Of a stretch of 51,402 nucleotides of DNA, positions 15,758-26,387 are shown piece after piece. This DNA comes from a virus (lineage: Duplodnaviria > Caudoviricetes), in IMG/VR virus record IMGVR_UViG_3300025168_000010, positions 1 through 51,402 of that record; one strand, written 5' to 3'. The notes beneath the pieces are model-generated. The model had not been told where the DNA came from. It did no database searches and worked only from the letters and a program-made list of their open reading frames with translations. A program made the translations under genes and the position numbers. The first letter of the stretch is position 1. The number at the start of each line of letters is the position of its first letter.

Positions 15758-17557
15758 ATGGCTAACGACAGTACTGACGCATTTAGTCCACAGGACGACA
15801 GCAAGGAAGACAAGGCACGTAGAAGAATGCTGGCTCTTGTACAGCAGACTGAGAAGTGGTTTGAGAGTAACATTGCAGAAGAAGCAATGCGGAACCTTGC
15901 GTACTACCGTGGCAAGTTCTGGGCTGGAGATGGATACGCCACTAACAAAAAGATTCGCAGTTACGCTGCTCAAAAGAATGAGATCTTCCCTATCATTGAT
16001 ACCATAGTTTCAACCTTGGCTATGGACCTGCCACAAGTTGAGGCATTAGATCAACGAGCGCGTACAGCAGATGCTCCTACCAGAGCAACCGACGCAACTG
16101 TACAAGGCCGCAGAATCTCTGCTGTCATGAACTGGTTTGCAGAAGAAGATGAACTGGACTCAGTTGTTCAAGAACTTGTACTACATGCGCTCCTCTTTAG
16201 AAGTTCAGTCGTAAAAGTATCATGGTCTAGTTCTTTAGGGCGACCTGTCTGGCGAACAAAACTACCTTGGGAAGTGCATTTTGACCCGATGGCTAAGAGA
16301 ATATCTGATGCAGCTTGGTGCTTTGAGAAGTTTACTATCCACATTGATGACCTAAAGTCTCGCATCAAATCAAAAGTTTACGGTAAAGTGAAGAAGGATA
16401 TTAAGGCAGACGCCTATCCGCGAACACTAATTGACCAGTACGACAAAGACTTAGACTCTAAGCAGGAGCAATTAAAAAGCCTTGGCTTAAAAGAGTACAT
16501 CGGTCTGGTCGAGTTCTGGGACTTCCGTAGCGGAAAGCTTTTCCACTTACATCCACCGACGGGACAAGTCCTGATGGAAACAACGATCCCTTACGGCAGG
16601 CCCTACGAGGCACTTGTGTTCCACAACGGTGTTGGTCGAATTGATGGCATTCCAGATGTGACTTTGATTGCAGAAATGCAACGAGACATCAACGAATTAG
16701 TTAGCGCACGTCGTGAGATTGTATCTCGACTACCCAAAAGAATGCTGATTGATGCCTCCTTGTTCCGCTCTGAAGATGAGTTCTCTCGCTTTAAGAACTC
16801 CCGGACTTGGGAACCACAGATGGTGCAGAAGCCTGTGGATGGAAAAATAGCAGATCGTGTATTCGTTACTCCAAGTATGGATACTACTTTTGACTTTAAC
16901 AGAACGTTAGAAGATGAAGTTCAAGGTGTTCGTCGCATCGTCGGTGAGGCTGACTACCAACGTGGTGTTGTTAAAAACATTCGGACAGCAGCAGAAGTAG
17001 ATGCTTTACGGGGATCTATCGAGGGTCGTGTCAATATCCGAATGAGAAAGTTGGTTCGTGCTGTAAAGGCTATGTTCGAGCTAGGCCAAGCGGTAACTCG
17101 ATGGGCAACCTTAAATCCTGATGACTCCCTCATTGATTTCGATAGACTAGCAAAGCACACACAGGTTGATGTGTCTGGAGCAGTGCTTGCCAAAGACTTT
17201 GCAGAAGGAACTCTCAAGTTCCGTTTACTCCCTTTCTCTCCTTTAATGGAAGACAAGCACACTCGAAGGGACTCCTTATCACAGTTACTACCTACTCTTT
17301 TGGGCAGCCCACTAATGGAACACCTGGACGGAAAGGAACTTGCTAAAGAGATTATTGAGCTGTATGGCTGGAGGCCATCCATTATGAAGCCGGAGAAGAC
17401 TGGCCTACCAACAGATAAAGAACTTGGTGTAATGGAAGCAAAAATGCAAGCCCCAGCGCCTGAAGAAGCTGCTGCAATGGCCCCTGAAGCTGGTGCTCCA
17501 GTTGATGAGGCTATGCCTGCCGGGTTAGAGCAAGCCTTATCACCACTTGGACAGTAG
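15758..17557 (+). CDS. Portal protein
   Basis: 599 aa directly after TerL; helical, with podoviral portal-like motifs (YYRGKFW, NEIFPIID, QRDIN, RTAAEV) and a Pro/Ala/Met-rich tail. Confidence 0.8.
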   Translation: MANDSTDAFSPQDDSKEDKARRRMLALVQQTEKWFESNIAEEAMRNLAYYRGKFWAGDGYATNKKIRSYAAQKNEIFPIIDTIVSTLAMDLPQVEALDQRARTADAPTRATDATVQGRRISAVMNWFAEEDELDSVVQELVLHALLFRSSVVKVSWSSSLGRPVWRTKLPWEVHFDPMAKRISDAAWCFEKFTIHIDDLKSRIKSKVYGKVKKDIKADAYPRTLIDQYDKDLDSKQEQLKSLGLKEYIGLVEFWDFRSGKLFHLHPPTGQVLMETTIPYGRPYEALVFHNGVGRIDGIPDVTLIAEMQRDINELVSARREIVSRLPKRMLIDASLFRSEDEFSRFKNSRTWEPQMVQKPVDGKIADRVFVTPSMDTTFDFNRTLEDEVQGVRRIVGEADYQRGVVKNIRTAAEVDALRGSIEGRVNIRMRKLVRAVKAMFELGQAVTRWATLNPDDSLIDFDRLAKHTQVDVSGAVLAKDFAEGTLKFRLLPFSPLMEDKHTRRDSLSQLLPTLLGSPLMEHLDGKELAKEIIELYGWRPSIMKPEKTGLPTDKELGVMEAKMQAPAPEEAAAMAPEAGAPVDEAMPAGLEQALSPLGQ

Positions 17558-17566
17558 GAGACTTAG

Positions 17567-18025
17567 ATGAAATTCAAAGAATTAGCAGGTAAAGCTGGCA
17601 AAGGGCACGAAGGTGCAGTAAAAATCTTTCTTATGATGCTGCCTAAAGGCGGTATGCCAGAAGGCATGGAGCCACAAGAGTACGCTTCTGAGGTTTCTAA
17701 CGATGAAGAGTTTGAAGACTACGATGTAGAGGAAGACTCTTTTTTCGAGTATCTTGGCGTAACTGAAGAGGAAGTCGAGGATGACGACCCAGAGGTTGAC
17801 GAGCAAGGCACAGGCTTTCAAGACTTAAAGCTTAAAAAATCAATTTATGATTGTATGATGCCGCTTGAACTTCCTGAAGACGCTGTTAAAGCAATTTGCA
17901 GTGCTGTATACGACGGCATTGTTGGTGGAAAGATTTTCCCTCGCCTTGAAAAAGGTCAAAAGAAGGCATACAGCAGCGACGACGAAGCCGATACGCACAA
18001 CGAAGAAGAGGAATCCGACTACTAA
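17567..18025 (+). CDS. Acidic hypothetical protein in head module
   Basis: 152-aa D/E-rich ORF, AGGAG RBS. Confidence 0.65.
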   Translation: MKFKELAGKAGKGHEGAVKIFLMMLPKGGMPEGMEPQEYASEVSNDEEFEDYDVEEDSFFEYLGVTEEEVEDDDPEVDEQGTGFQDLKLKKSIYDCMMPLELPEDAVKAICSAVYDGIVGGKIFPRLEKGQKKAYSSDDEADTHNEEEESDY

Positions 18026-18564
18026 TGCCTTTGTATAATTACACATGCACTGACGGTCATACATTTGAAGAGCTAGTTCGGGGACGTAACGTCGATGTAA
18101 TATCTTGCATCGTAGACAACTGTACATGCATGGCCAACCGCTCTACGGTTTACGCAGTTACAACTATAGGTCCTGTGTTTGAGCACATGGAAGCACATAA
18201 TAATAGCCTACTTAGTAAAAGGCAAAGAAAAGCAGGCATGGAATTAAGGTCTGCAAAAGACGTTCAAATGATGCAGGAGAAGCTTGGGCTGCGCCCAGTC
18301 GATCCCAAAAGTCGAGAAGGAAGAGACTTATTGGAAAGGCAAATGGACGACAGTCGTGATATTGCTAAGGTGCATGATAAAGATGGCCGAACAGCAGCGG
18401 TTGATTATGTATATAAAACTGAAATGACTAGAAATACAGGATGGACAGATGGCCAGTACAGCAATTGGAAATCAAGCAACGATGCCGCAACCACCGCCGC
18501 AAAGTCAGGGAGGGTCGACCTCTCCGCAGCTAAGCGAAGAGCAGATTCAAAACCTTCCTCTTGA
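18025..18564 (+). CDS. Protein with N-terminal FmdB-like zinc ribbon
   Basis: MPLYNYTCTDGHTFEEL...SCIVDNC start; TAATG-coupled. Confidence 0.65.
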   Translation: MPLYNYTCTDGHTFEELVRGRNVDVISCIVDNCTCMANRSTVYAVTTIGPVFEHMEAHNNSLLSKRQRKAGMELRSAKDVQMMQEKLGLRPVDPKSREGRDLLERQMDDSRDIAKVHDKDGRTAAVDYVYKTEMTRNTGWTDGQYSNWKSSNDAATTAAKSGRVDLSAAKRRADSKPSS

Positions 18565-18997
18565 AGAACTAGAGGCATTAGTTTTTCAGAGGGCATCAGA
18601 ACTACAAGCAGCAATGGGAGGAGGGGCTATGGAAGAAGAAGGAATGGCAGCACCAACAGAAGGAATGGCAGCACCAGCACCAGAGGCTGGAGCGGGGATG
18701 ATGGACCCAGCTATGGTTATGGCAGCAACATCTCTACTTGTAGAAGCAGGCTTACTGACCCAAGCAACAGACCAACTTACACCAGAAGTAGTAGCAGCAC
18801 TCCAATCTCTAGTTGACAAGATACGTCCAGGGCTTTATGACTTGACCGTACCAGAAGAACTGATGGAGGTTATCAATGGACTCGCAAACGGAACAATTGG
18901 ACTCGACGTTGGAGGAGACGCAGCAGCCCTCGGAGCAGGACCAGACGCAGGAGCAGGCCCAGCCGGACCTGCCGGAGCAGCCGGACCTCTCCTCTAA
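18449..18997 (+). CDS. Ala/Gly/Met-rich hypothetical protein overlapping both neighbours
   Basis: 182-aa ORF (alternative ATG 18482); the only + strand ORF covering 18565-18875; internal 21-nt tandem repeat at 18637-18676. Confidence 0.6.
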   Translation: MASTAIGNQATMPQPPPQSQGGSTSPQLSEEQIQNLPLEELEALVFQRASELQAAMGGGAMEEEGMAAPTEGMAAPAPEAGAGMMDPAMVMAATSLLVEAGLLTQATDQLTPEVVAALQSLVDKIRPGLYDLTVPEELMEVINGLANGTIGLDVGGDAAALGAGPDAGAGPAGPAGAAGPLL

Positions 18998-19784
18998 TGA
19001 AGCGCCTACATCTGAAGATAGTGAAGACACTGTTAAAGCTGATGAAGTTGATAGTGAAAGCGTTGTTGAAGCAGGAGGAGAAGAGCAAGGAACTTCCGAA
19101 GAAGTAGAACCTGAAGCTCCTACGGAAGTAGAACCAGTAGCAACCGAGGCTGTAGAGTACGGAACTCTACAAGACGTAGCGGTTGCTCTAGACTCCATGT
19201 CTCCAGAGATTCGTGCACATGTTGAGCCAGTAATGAATCTGATTCAAACGGCACACGAAGATTACAAAGCCGCTGTTGACAAATACGAAGTTGCAAGAAA
19301 AGAACTTCAAGAGTTTGCTACAGAGATGAAAGACTTCGGTGTAGAGTCTGAAGAGGTGGTTCAACGGTTTGAAACACAGCAGAAGCAAATTAGAGTATTA
19401 AACAGTGCATGTGTTGATACAACATGGACAGCATTCTCTAGATTGCATCCAGAGTACTCTGGGCAAACAGAAAAAACTAAAACTATTTTTAGTGATGTTG
19501 TAGCGTCAATGTTGAACAAATTTCCCGGAGAATCAACACTTGACAAACTGGAAGAAGCATACAAGTACGCTCAGTATACTTCAGGAGAAACTGCGGCTAA
19601 GGCCCCCAAAGTAGAAGCCAAGAAGGAGGCTCCTGCTCCAGAGAAGGCTGCTCCTCCTGTAAACATTAACAGTAAGCAACAAGCACTTGTCACCGATGGG
19701 TCTAATCCCCTCTCTAACCCAGTGCTTGATGTTGACGACATGTCCTGGAACGAGATACTAAACCGTCATCTCCACTTGTTGTAA
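18876..19784 (+). CDS. Putative capsid scaffolding protein
   Basis: Acidic disordered N-terminus plus coiled coil, immediately upstream of the capsid gene; GGAGG RBS. Confidence 0.65.
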   Translation: MDSQTEQLDSTLEETQQPSEQDQTQEQAQPDLPEQPDLSSNEAPTSEDSEDTVKADEVDSESVVEAGGEEQGTSEEVEPEAPTEVEPVATEAVEYGTLQDVAVALDSMSPEIRAHVEPVMNLIQTAHEDYKAAVDKYEVARKELQEFATEMKDFGVESEEVVQRFETQQKQIRVLNSACVDTTWTAFSRLHPEYSGQTEKTKTIFSDVVASMLNKFPGESTLDKLEEAYKYAQYTSGETAAKAPKVEAKKEAPAPEKAAPPVNINSKQQALVTDGSNPLSNPVLDVDDMSWNEILNRHLHLL

Positions 19785-19821
19785 TAGTCGTGGGGATGTT
19801 TAATAAACTTAGGAGTTTTAA

Positions 19822-20913
19822 ATGGCCCTGTTAGAGTACGCAAGTTTTACAGTACCCGATGTCGTCAAGAAGTCAGTGGTATCTTTCTATAACCAAGACC
19901 CGCTTCTGCAAGCATTGCAGTCTCGCCATAAAGTCAAACGTTCTGGTGGCACTGAAGTTCGCATCCGTCGTGTTAAGTCAGCTCACTCACAAGTGACTGA
20001 GATCAACGCAACGAACATGAGCGTTCCTCTTTCAAAGACTGAGACTTTCGGCACACTCACAGGTGATTGGGCACGTTACATCAAGCCTATCATCCTTCCT
20101 CACTACGACCGTGATCGTATGCAGAGCAAAGAAGATCGTGCCAACTGGGTACGTGATACTACTGAAGCTGCAATGATGAGCCTTAAGAACGACGTTCTTC
20201 GTCGTTTATACGTTGGCGACCCAACTACAATAGCACTTTCTGGAATGGGAAGCTTGAACGGTCACTACGGTAACGGTACTTCTGCTGGTTTTGAGCGTGG
20301 CGCACTTGAGTTTAATACTCCTGGCGACCAAGCCACTTCGCCTAATAGCTACCTTGGCCAAGCTCGTGCAAACGATGCTACTGACCATGTGAACAACTGG
20401 CACAACCAGTACGTTCGTATGGGTACCGGTATCGGAACTGACTTTCTTAAAGCTGCTGAAGAAGTTAAAATTACTGCTGACAGCTTTGCAGACGATTCTG
20501 AGGGTATCTCTCTCGGTATCTTAAGCATTGCTGATCAAGTCGCTCTTGGTGAAGAAGTACGTTCTTACCCAGGTGGTTCTAGCAACGCTGCTGCAATCAT
20601 GTACACACCAGAAGATATCAAAGCTGGTAAAGCACATCCCACAGTCTGGATGGTTGGCGGCGTTCGCTACTACAGCAACCGCTGGATGGCTACCGGAACT
20701 TCAACAACTGGCATGGGTGGCGAAATAGGTGCATGTTACCTTCTCAACCCAAACCAGATTGAGTACTGGGTCAATGCTAACAACGATTTCCGTGTAACTA
20801 AGTTCACTGATCATCTCGCAACTTCTAACCAAGATGCAGACATCGGTTACATCATCATGGAATCACAATTCGCTATCCCTAACCTAATGGCTAATGGCTG
20901 CGTGAGCCGCTAA
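19822..20913 (+). CDS. Major capsid protein (podoviral HK97-fold type)
   Basis: 363 aa after the scaffold; N-terminal DPLLQAL...SGGTEV pattern, C-terminal YLLN...F...NQDA; strong AGGAG RBS and highly-expressed-type codons (cgt, gct, act). Confidence 0.8.
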   Translation: MALLEYASFTVPDVVKKSVVSFYNQDPLLQALQSRHKVKRSGGTEVRIRRVKSAHSQVTEINATNMSVPLSKTETFGTLTGDWARYIKPIILPHYDRDRMQSKEDRANWVRDTTEAAMMSLKNDVLRRLYVGDPTTIALSGMGSLNGHYGNGTSAGFERGALEFNTPGDQATSPNSYLGQARANDATDHVNNWHNQYVRMGTGIGTDFLKAAEEVKITADSFADDSEGISLGILSIADQVALGEEVRSYPGGSSNAAAIMYTPEDIKAGKAHPTVWMVGGVRYYSNRWMATGTSTTGMGGEIGACYLLNPNQIEYWVNANNDFRVTKFTDHLATSNQDADIGYIIMESQFAIPNLMANGCVSR

Positions 20914-20923
20914 GGAGTTTGAC

Positions 20924-21397
20924 ATGATTGGATCTGATATTTTCTTAAGTGAAGTGAGTACTACCAGTACGGAGCAACTTGCTCCTATGGGGACTGTACG
21001 CGCTTATATTGATACAACCTACGGCTTTCAACAGTACCGCATGGTACTAGCGACTATCGCGCTGGATGCAAACGTAGTGGTGGAATACTCTGACGGGCTA
21101 ACCTCCGCAGGGGTTAAGGCATCTGCCGCTGGTCTCTCCGCTGTAAACATCGCTGGGATCACGCAAAACGCGATCCCAGTTGGTCAATACGGTTGGGTCT
21201 GCTGCTCAGGAACCTGTGTAGTCACTGCTGCTGCTGATGTCGCCGCTGGCGCTGCCGCTGTAACCGTTGGCACCGATGGCCATGTTGATGATACTGCGAT
21301 CACAACCATAGAGGATGCTATCATCGGTGTCTTCCCAGCCATCATTGATGTCTCAGTACTTGCGACTGGACCGATCCGTCTGTCTGGCCTTCTGTAG
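20924..21397 (+). CDS. Capsid decoration/cement-like protein
   Basis: Small Ala/Val/Gly-rich protein after the MCP with IPVGQYGWV...G motif; followed by a terminator. Confidence 0.6.
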   Translation: MIGSDIFLSEVSTTSTEQLAPMGTVRAYIDTTYGFQQYRMVLATIALDANVVVEYSDGLTSAGVKASAAGLSAVNIAGITQNAIPVGQYGWVCCSGTCVVTAAADVAAGAAAVTVGTDGHVDDTAITTIEDAIIGVFPAIIDVSVLATGPIRLSGLL

Positions 21398-21408
21398 CCA
21401 ATAACTTA

Positions 21409-21434
21409 GTGGGGGCTTCGGCCCCTGCTTCTTT
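21409..21434 (+). terminator. Intrinsic terminator after capsid genes
   Basis: ggggc-TTCG-gcccc (C-UUCG-G tetraloop) followed by ttcttt. Confidence 0.7.
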
Positions 21435-21443
21435 GGAGGCTTA

Positions 21444-21842
21444 ATGCCAAGACCTATTAAGTACGCTACTGTTGGTTCACATAGTCTATCTAATACTGCT
21501 TCTGTAAGTGGTGCTCTAGTGGGTGATGGCTCTACTGGTTCTGCAACTCCTGGCGGGAGATGTCGTCTGGCTTCTTTGGAAGTCACCATATCAGGTGGAA
21601 GCCTTGCTTCTGCGGGGTCTGTACCCCAAATCTACCTAGCGAAAGACTCTGCTGGACTACATCCGATTACAGATTCATCTGTGGTCGGTAAGATAGGAAT
21701 CGCTGCCGGAAACGCTGGTGGAGTTTCAGTTAGGCTTGAGCAAGATGCCTACATTGAAGGTTCTGTCTACGCTGTAGCGAAGCTTGCTAGTGGGAAAACC
21801 GGGACTGGCGTATGGAAATTAACATTCGTACAAGGCGGCTAG
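21444..21842 (+). CDS. Putative virion protein
   Basis: 132-aa Gly/Ser-rich ORF, GGAGG RBS, in the structural module. Confidence 0.55.
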   Translation: MPRPIKYATVGSHSLSNTASVSGALVGDGSTGSATPGGRCRLASLEVTISGGSLASAGSVPQIYLAKDSAGLHPITDSSVVGKIGIAAGNAGGVSVRLEQDAYIEGSVYAVAKLASGKTGTGVWKLTFVQGG

Positions 21843-21866
21843 TTTGAACTGAGTATTACTCAGACG

Positions 21867-21901
21867 AGGCTTCCGCGTTACAATACACGGGAGCCTTTTT
21901 T
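21867..21901 (+). terminator. Intrinsic terminator
   Basis: aggcttccg...cgggagcct stem followed by a T-run. Confidence 0.7.
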
Positions 21902-21916
21902 ATTAGGGAGAGAGAG

Positions 21917-23416
21917 ATGGATTTAGCTGGTCTTAGATCACAAGTTATGGCTGTAACGGGGTACCCAGAGAGGGGTACAGTTGGCCAACAACGACTTAAC
22001 ACAGCTATAAACTACTCTTTGCGCCAGTTGTGGCGTGAGATGCCAGAATCTTTAATGAAGGAAGAGTTCCGTTTTAGACTTGAGCCGCCTGTAAGTATCA
22101 ATACTATTTCAGTTATTTCCGCTGACCCGCTAACAATGACTGTCGATAGTGGGACTACTTCGTTAACGTCATCCACCTTTGCTACTGATGGTACACTGGT
22201 AGCCCGTTGGCTTGAGGTAAAGACTGGCTCTCGGTACGTTTACCGACGGGTCAAAGACGTATACTATGCGTCTTCTACATGGTACATCGTCATGGACAAG
22301 CCGTGGGAAAACACTAGTGATACTGGATTGACATACAGGATCTTCACAAAAGAGTACCCATACCCATCTGATGTACAGAAGATTCGCAAGGTTATGTATG
22401 ACCCTGAGAACTCTAGTCACAAGATCACCTACTCATTGCTTGCTGATGAACTCTATGAGTGGCGACTGGGGCATGGTTTCAGAGACACTGGCGTACCACA
22501 ACGTGCTGCCAGAGGAGACTTCTTCACTCTACCGTCACCGCATTATAAACCAGCAGTAAGCTCTTTATCGCAAGATGCTAGAAAGTGGGGGTACAACGGA
22601 GTTTCTGAAGACTTAGACTACGGACCAGCGGGAACGTTTAGCTACAAAGTAATGCACGTATGGGGAAGGCGACCACTGCTTGACCCTAGCCACCATCGAC
22701 CATCTACTCCAGGATCAGGAGGAACACTTGCTCCATTCTATATGTCATCTCCGTCAGAGGCATCTGATCAAATCACAACCACTTGGGGTGGTGGTGCAAT
22801 ACAAATAACTACTCCAGATGTCGATTATATGAGCGGGTACGCACACGACACCTCGTCAGCCACAAAGTCCTACCAGCATAACGGAGTAGAGAAGTGGATA
22901 TTTAGAGCACGTCATGCAGCAACAACAGGATCAACCAATCACCCAGATGTTGAAACCGATGGAATCTACTACCTATGGAAGGTAGTAAAAGGATGGCAAG
23001 CAACAAGTACATCGGAGACTTTCGATGTGGGTCAGTCAGACCCTGTAGATAAAACTGTGCCCTTAAAGGACGTACACGGCCATTTTCACATCCGATTCGA
23101 CTCTTACCCTGAATCATCTGTTGATATGCTCATGAGCGTCATTAGAAGGCCAGATACGCTTAAGTATGACACAGACGTATCACGGGTACCACCAGAATGT
23201 TATGGGGCATTAGTAGACCTTACATGCTCATACTTAGTAGGACGTAGAGATGGAGAACCTAAACGGGAAAGTTACTACTTCGGCAGGTATCTTGCAGAGG
23301 TTGACCGACTACGTGGACTCTACACCTTCTCTGGCTTTCAGAATCCCGCTTTCGGGCCGGGTCTCGGTACTGGTGCGAGTGACGAGGGTCGCAATTACGA
23401 AGTCAAAGAAGGCTAG
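21917..23416 (+). CDS. Putative head-tail adaptor (tail tubular A-like) with large insertion
   Basis: N-terminal helices (LAGLRSQV...LNTAINYSLRQLW) and C-terminal VPPECYGALVDLTCSYL resemble podoviral adaptor proteins; position after head genes. Confidence 0.55.
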   Translation: MDLAGLRSQVMAVTGYPERGTVGQQRLNTAINYSLRQLWREMPESLMKEEFRFRLEPPVSINTISVISADPLTMTVDSGTTSLTSSTFATDGTLVARWLEVKTGSRYVYRRVKDVYYASSTWYIVMDKPWENTSDTGLTYRIFTKEYPYPSDVQKIRKVMYDPENSSHKITYSLLADELYEWRLGHGFRDTGVPQRAARGDFFTLPSPHYKPAVSSLSQDARKWGYNGVSEDLDYGPAGTFSYKVMHVWGRRPLLDPSHHRPSTPGSGGTLAPFYMSSPSEASDQITTTWGGGAIQITTPDVDYMSGYAHDTSSATKSYQHNGVEKWIFRARHAATTGSTNHPDVETDGIYYLWKVVKGWQATSTSETFDVGQSDPVDKTVPLKDVHGHFHIRFDSYPESSVDMLMSVIRRPDTLKYDTDVSRVPPECYGALVDLTCSYLVGRRDGEPKRESYYFGRYLAEVDRLRGLYTFSGFQNPAFGPGLGTGASDEGRNYEVKEG

Positions 23417-23418
23417 TC

Positions 23419-25593
23419 GTGTTTAAAGATTACGCTGCAAAGGCTATTACAGCCAAAGTTATGAGTGAAGTCCCTATTTCGGATGGGGATAAGGCTTATA
23501 GGATTATTAACTTTGATGTAGACCAGCAGGGCTTTCTTAACTTTAACTTTAGGCTTATGCCGCTTATACCCGACGAGTGGAACCCTCCACCGGCTGTAGT
23601 TATTGGAGCGCCAAGCCCCCCATCAGCATTTTCAGGAGTAATTGGTTTTGCGCAAGGTCTATTTGATGGAGGAGTTCGTCCTGAACTGTTGTTTCTTACT
23701 ACTAGTGGTGTTTTTCGTTACACTCCTTGGCTTAGAGAAAGTGGCTCATCTGGCAATAGGGGCCTTGAAGAGCAATTTACGCATGTAAACCGTACAACAT
23801 GGACCGCTAAAAGCGTTAAACCGCAAGATGAACAAAGATTCCCACCACAAAGTGTTCAAATTGGGGACAGGATATACTTCAACTTTGGAGATGGTGGAAC
23901 TACTTGGGTATGGAACGGATGGAAACTGCGTCCATTTGGATTTACAGCAGCGCCAGCCTCTCCTGCTGTATTTGGTCCGAGTGGAGATGCCACCGACGCT
24001 GCCTCTACTGGCTTTTCTGTGCAAGGAAGAATCGGTACACTAACTTCAAATCAGCTTTTAGACACTAATCCCACAACAACGGTTGTAAAAGGATCGCATG
24101 GAGTAAAAGAAGGCGAGTGGAAGTACTCTGTTGCCTTTGAAAACGAAGATGGTGCGTACTCTCAAAGCTCCCCACTTAGCAATAGCGTTACTTTAGATGC
24201 AGCAACAACATCAACGACTTCTGACTCTGAAGTTTATCGACGTGCTTTCTGGATAAAAGATATTCCGCTTGGTCCCATCGGGACTGTTGCTAGAATCTTA
24301 ATTAGAACGCCCGATATACGGAACGCTACCATCGCTGGTGGTGACCACAGGCCACGTTTCCTTACAAGGATACCCAATAATCTATCTGAAGAGTGGATAG
24401 ACAGTACCCCAGATGGAGAACTTGGTTCACCTTGGGATGACCGAGAGGCTGTGCCTATAGGGACGTACCTAATGGAATCATTTGCAGGTTCTTTGTTCTT
24501 AATGAGGACGGATAGCCACCCATACAGAGTATGGTGGTCGGAACAGACATCTCTGTTTGGCTCAACGCCAGAGAGTTTTATGAGGAATCATTACCTCGAT
24601 GTAAGCCCTGCAACTGGCGGGATTACAGGCAGTCAGGCTGTGCTGTCTAGCAGTGGAGACACAGCATCTCCGACACTTCTAGTGTTTAAAGAAAAAGGAA
24701 CACACTTTATAGCAGGGTCTTACCCAGATTTCAAAGTTGGTACGTTGCATAAGCAAGCAGGATGCGCGGGTCCGTCTCTAGTACAGTCTGCCCCAGATGG
24801 CACAGTCGTTTGGTACGGAAACGGTTCCTTTTGGGGCTTCGTTCCAGAGAAAGGACAGATTGTAGATATTGGAAAGCCGATCAAAAAGAGACTTTCTCGC
24901 ATCAACCACCGGTCTGCAAGGAAAGGAGTCTCCTGGGTAGACCCGAACGCAGGGGAACTGGTGTTTGCCCTGCCAACAGATGACTCTAATGTTCCGGATA
25001 CTCAGTTTATCTGGGACCACAGGTTCACAGGCTGGAGAGTCAAGGAAGACCTTACGGTAAAGGCAGCATTACCTCTTATAGATTCAGATATCATACTGAT
25101 AAGCGGTAACTACACTTCACCAGACGGAAAAGCAATCGGTGAGAACGTATATGCCTACGGCAATTCATACACAGGATACTCTGTATCTAGCCCCACAGCG
25201 GTTTACCAAAGCGGTTGGGCATCTATGGGAGAAATTGGACCTACCATGCACACACTATCAAATGTAAACGACCTCATAGTCATCTTAAAAGAATCTTGCT
25301 CAGGGACTGCAACTGTTTCCAGTTACCAAGACTGGGATGCAGATAACAGTATTGAATCAGGAACCATATCTACTGCTCACCCAGAAAATGACGACATCCC
25401 ATACTACGATGCAGCAAATTATGACACAGATGTATACCGAGAATTACGGACATATTCTGACCGCGTTGCTCTCAGCATAGCTTCTGCCTCTGTTTTCCAA
25501 GTCAAGATTGAATCAAGCAATCCAATCTCTCTTTTAACGCTAGACGTATACGGACCGATGGTCGCATACCCTGGCGGGAGGACTCCTCAGTAA
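23419..25593 (+). CDS. Putative tail nozzle / tubular B / stabilisation protein
   Basis: 724 aa, beta-propeller-like content (RVWWSE...PESF, LLVFKE, AGCAGP), following the adaptor. Confidence 0.6.
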   Translation: MFKDYAAKAITAKVMSEVPISDGDKAYRIINFDVDQQGFLNFNFRLMPLIPDEWNPPPAVVIGAPSPPSAFSGVIGFAQGLFDGGVRPELLFLTTSGVFRYTPWLRESGSSGNRGLEEQFTHVNRTTWTAKSVKPQDEQRFPPQSVQIGDRIYFNFGDGGTTWVWNGWKLRPFGFTAAPASPAVFGPSGDATDAASTGFSVQGRIGTLTSNQLLDTNPTTTVVKGSHGVKEGEWKYSVAFENEDGAYSQSSPLSNSVTLDAATTSTTSDSEVYRRAFWIKDIPLGPIGTVARILIRTPDIRNATIAGGDHRPRFLTRIPNNLSEEWIDSTPDGELGSPWDDREAVPIGTYLMESFAGSLFLMRTDSHPYRVWWSEQTSLFGSTPESFMRNHYLDVSPATGGITGSQAVLSSSGDTASPTLLVFKEKGTHFIAGSYPDFKVGTLHKQAGCAGPSLVQSAPDGTVVWYGNGSFWGFVPEKGQIVDIGKPIKKRLSRINHRSARKGVSWVDPNAGELVFALPTDDSNVPDTQFIWDHRFTGWRVKEDLTVKAALPLIDSDIILISGNYTSPDGKAIGENVYAYGNSYTGYSVSSPTAVYQSGWASMGEIGPTMHTLSNVNDLIVILKESCSGTATVSSYQDWDADNSIESGTISTAHPENDDIPYYDAANYDTDVYRELRTYSDRVALSIASASVFQVKIESSNPISLLTLDVYGPMVAYPGGRTPQ

Positions 25594-26387
25594 TGTCTAC
25601 CTATCTACCTAAAGGGCTAAAGTCTGGTGCGGTAATAGACCCAGATGAGTTGGGAGATGAGTTCATTAGAGCATCTAAAGTTGCCTCTGACACAACTCAA
25701 AACCAGTGGAGTGACGCATCATTCCAAGATGCAACAAACTCTAAGATTAATCTGCTTAAAGCAGGCACTGGAGTTATTGCAACTGAGGTAAGTCAGGCCG
25801 CCCTTCTACGCACAGGAGGGACTCCGGGATGGGGAAACGATCCGGGGCAGGCCCCAGACCTCACTGTGGCATCAGGCTCTGCCGAACTGTACCATATCCC
25901 CTACAACAGCGGGTTCTCAACGATCACAGGCACACAGGATATGGAAATAAATTGGACATCCAAATATCCAGAACTAGTCTTAGTTGCGTTCTCATACCAA
26001 GGTATCCGTAAAAGGTATACAGATTTTGATGTTTACAACTCAGGGAGCGACCATGTTTTCCCACAAACTCAAATCAGGATATCATTAAACGGAGGCACTA
26101 TCATTGGGACAGGTGCTTACGACCACCCCCATGACGGTGCCCTGCGTGGGCAAGGGATGCAAAATCGCCCTGTTCGCACGACTACATTAGGGATGACACT
26201 AGTGCCGCCAGGGTCACATTCTGTTATCGCAGAAGCAGCGCAACCACAAGCCTACGGAACGGCGTTAGGTGGAAGTAGTGCTGGAAGCGTAACTGCTTTT
26301 GACAACCCTCCAGACGAAGGTGTTTGCATAGGACACCGTACTCTTATACTTTTGCGTTTTCCAAAAGGAAAGCTTATCGGAGGATAG
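25593..26387 (+). CDS. Putative tail-associated protein
   Basis: Gly/Thr/Ser-rich, translationally coupled in the tail operon. Confidence 0.5.
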   Translation: MSTYLPKGLKSGAVIDPDELGDEFIRASKVASDTTQNQWSDASFQDATNSKINLLKAGTGVIATEVSQAALLRTGGTPGWGNDPGQAPDLTVASGSAELYHIPYNSGFSTITGTQDMEINWTSKYPELVLVAFSYQGIRKRYTDFDVYNSGSDHVFPQTQIRISLNGGTIIGTGAYDHPHDGALRGQGMQNRPVRTTTLGMTLVPPGSHSVIAEAAQPQAYGTALGGSSAGSVTAFDNPPDEGVCIGHRTLILLRFPKGKLIGG

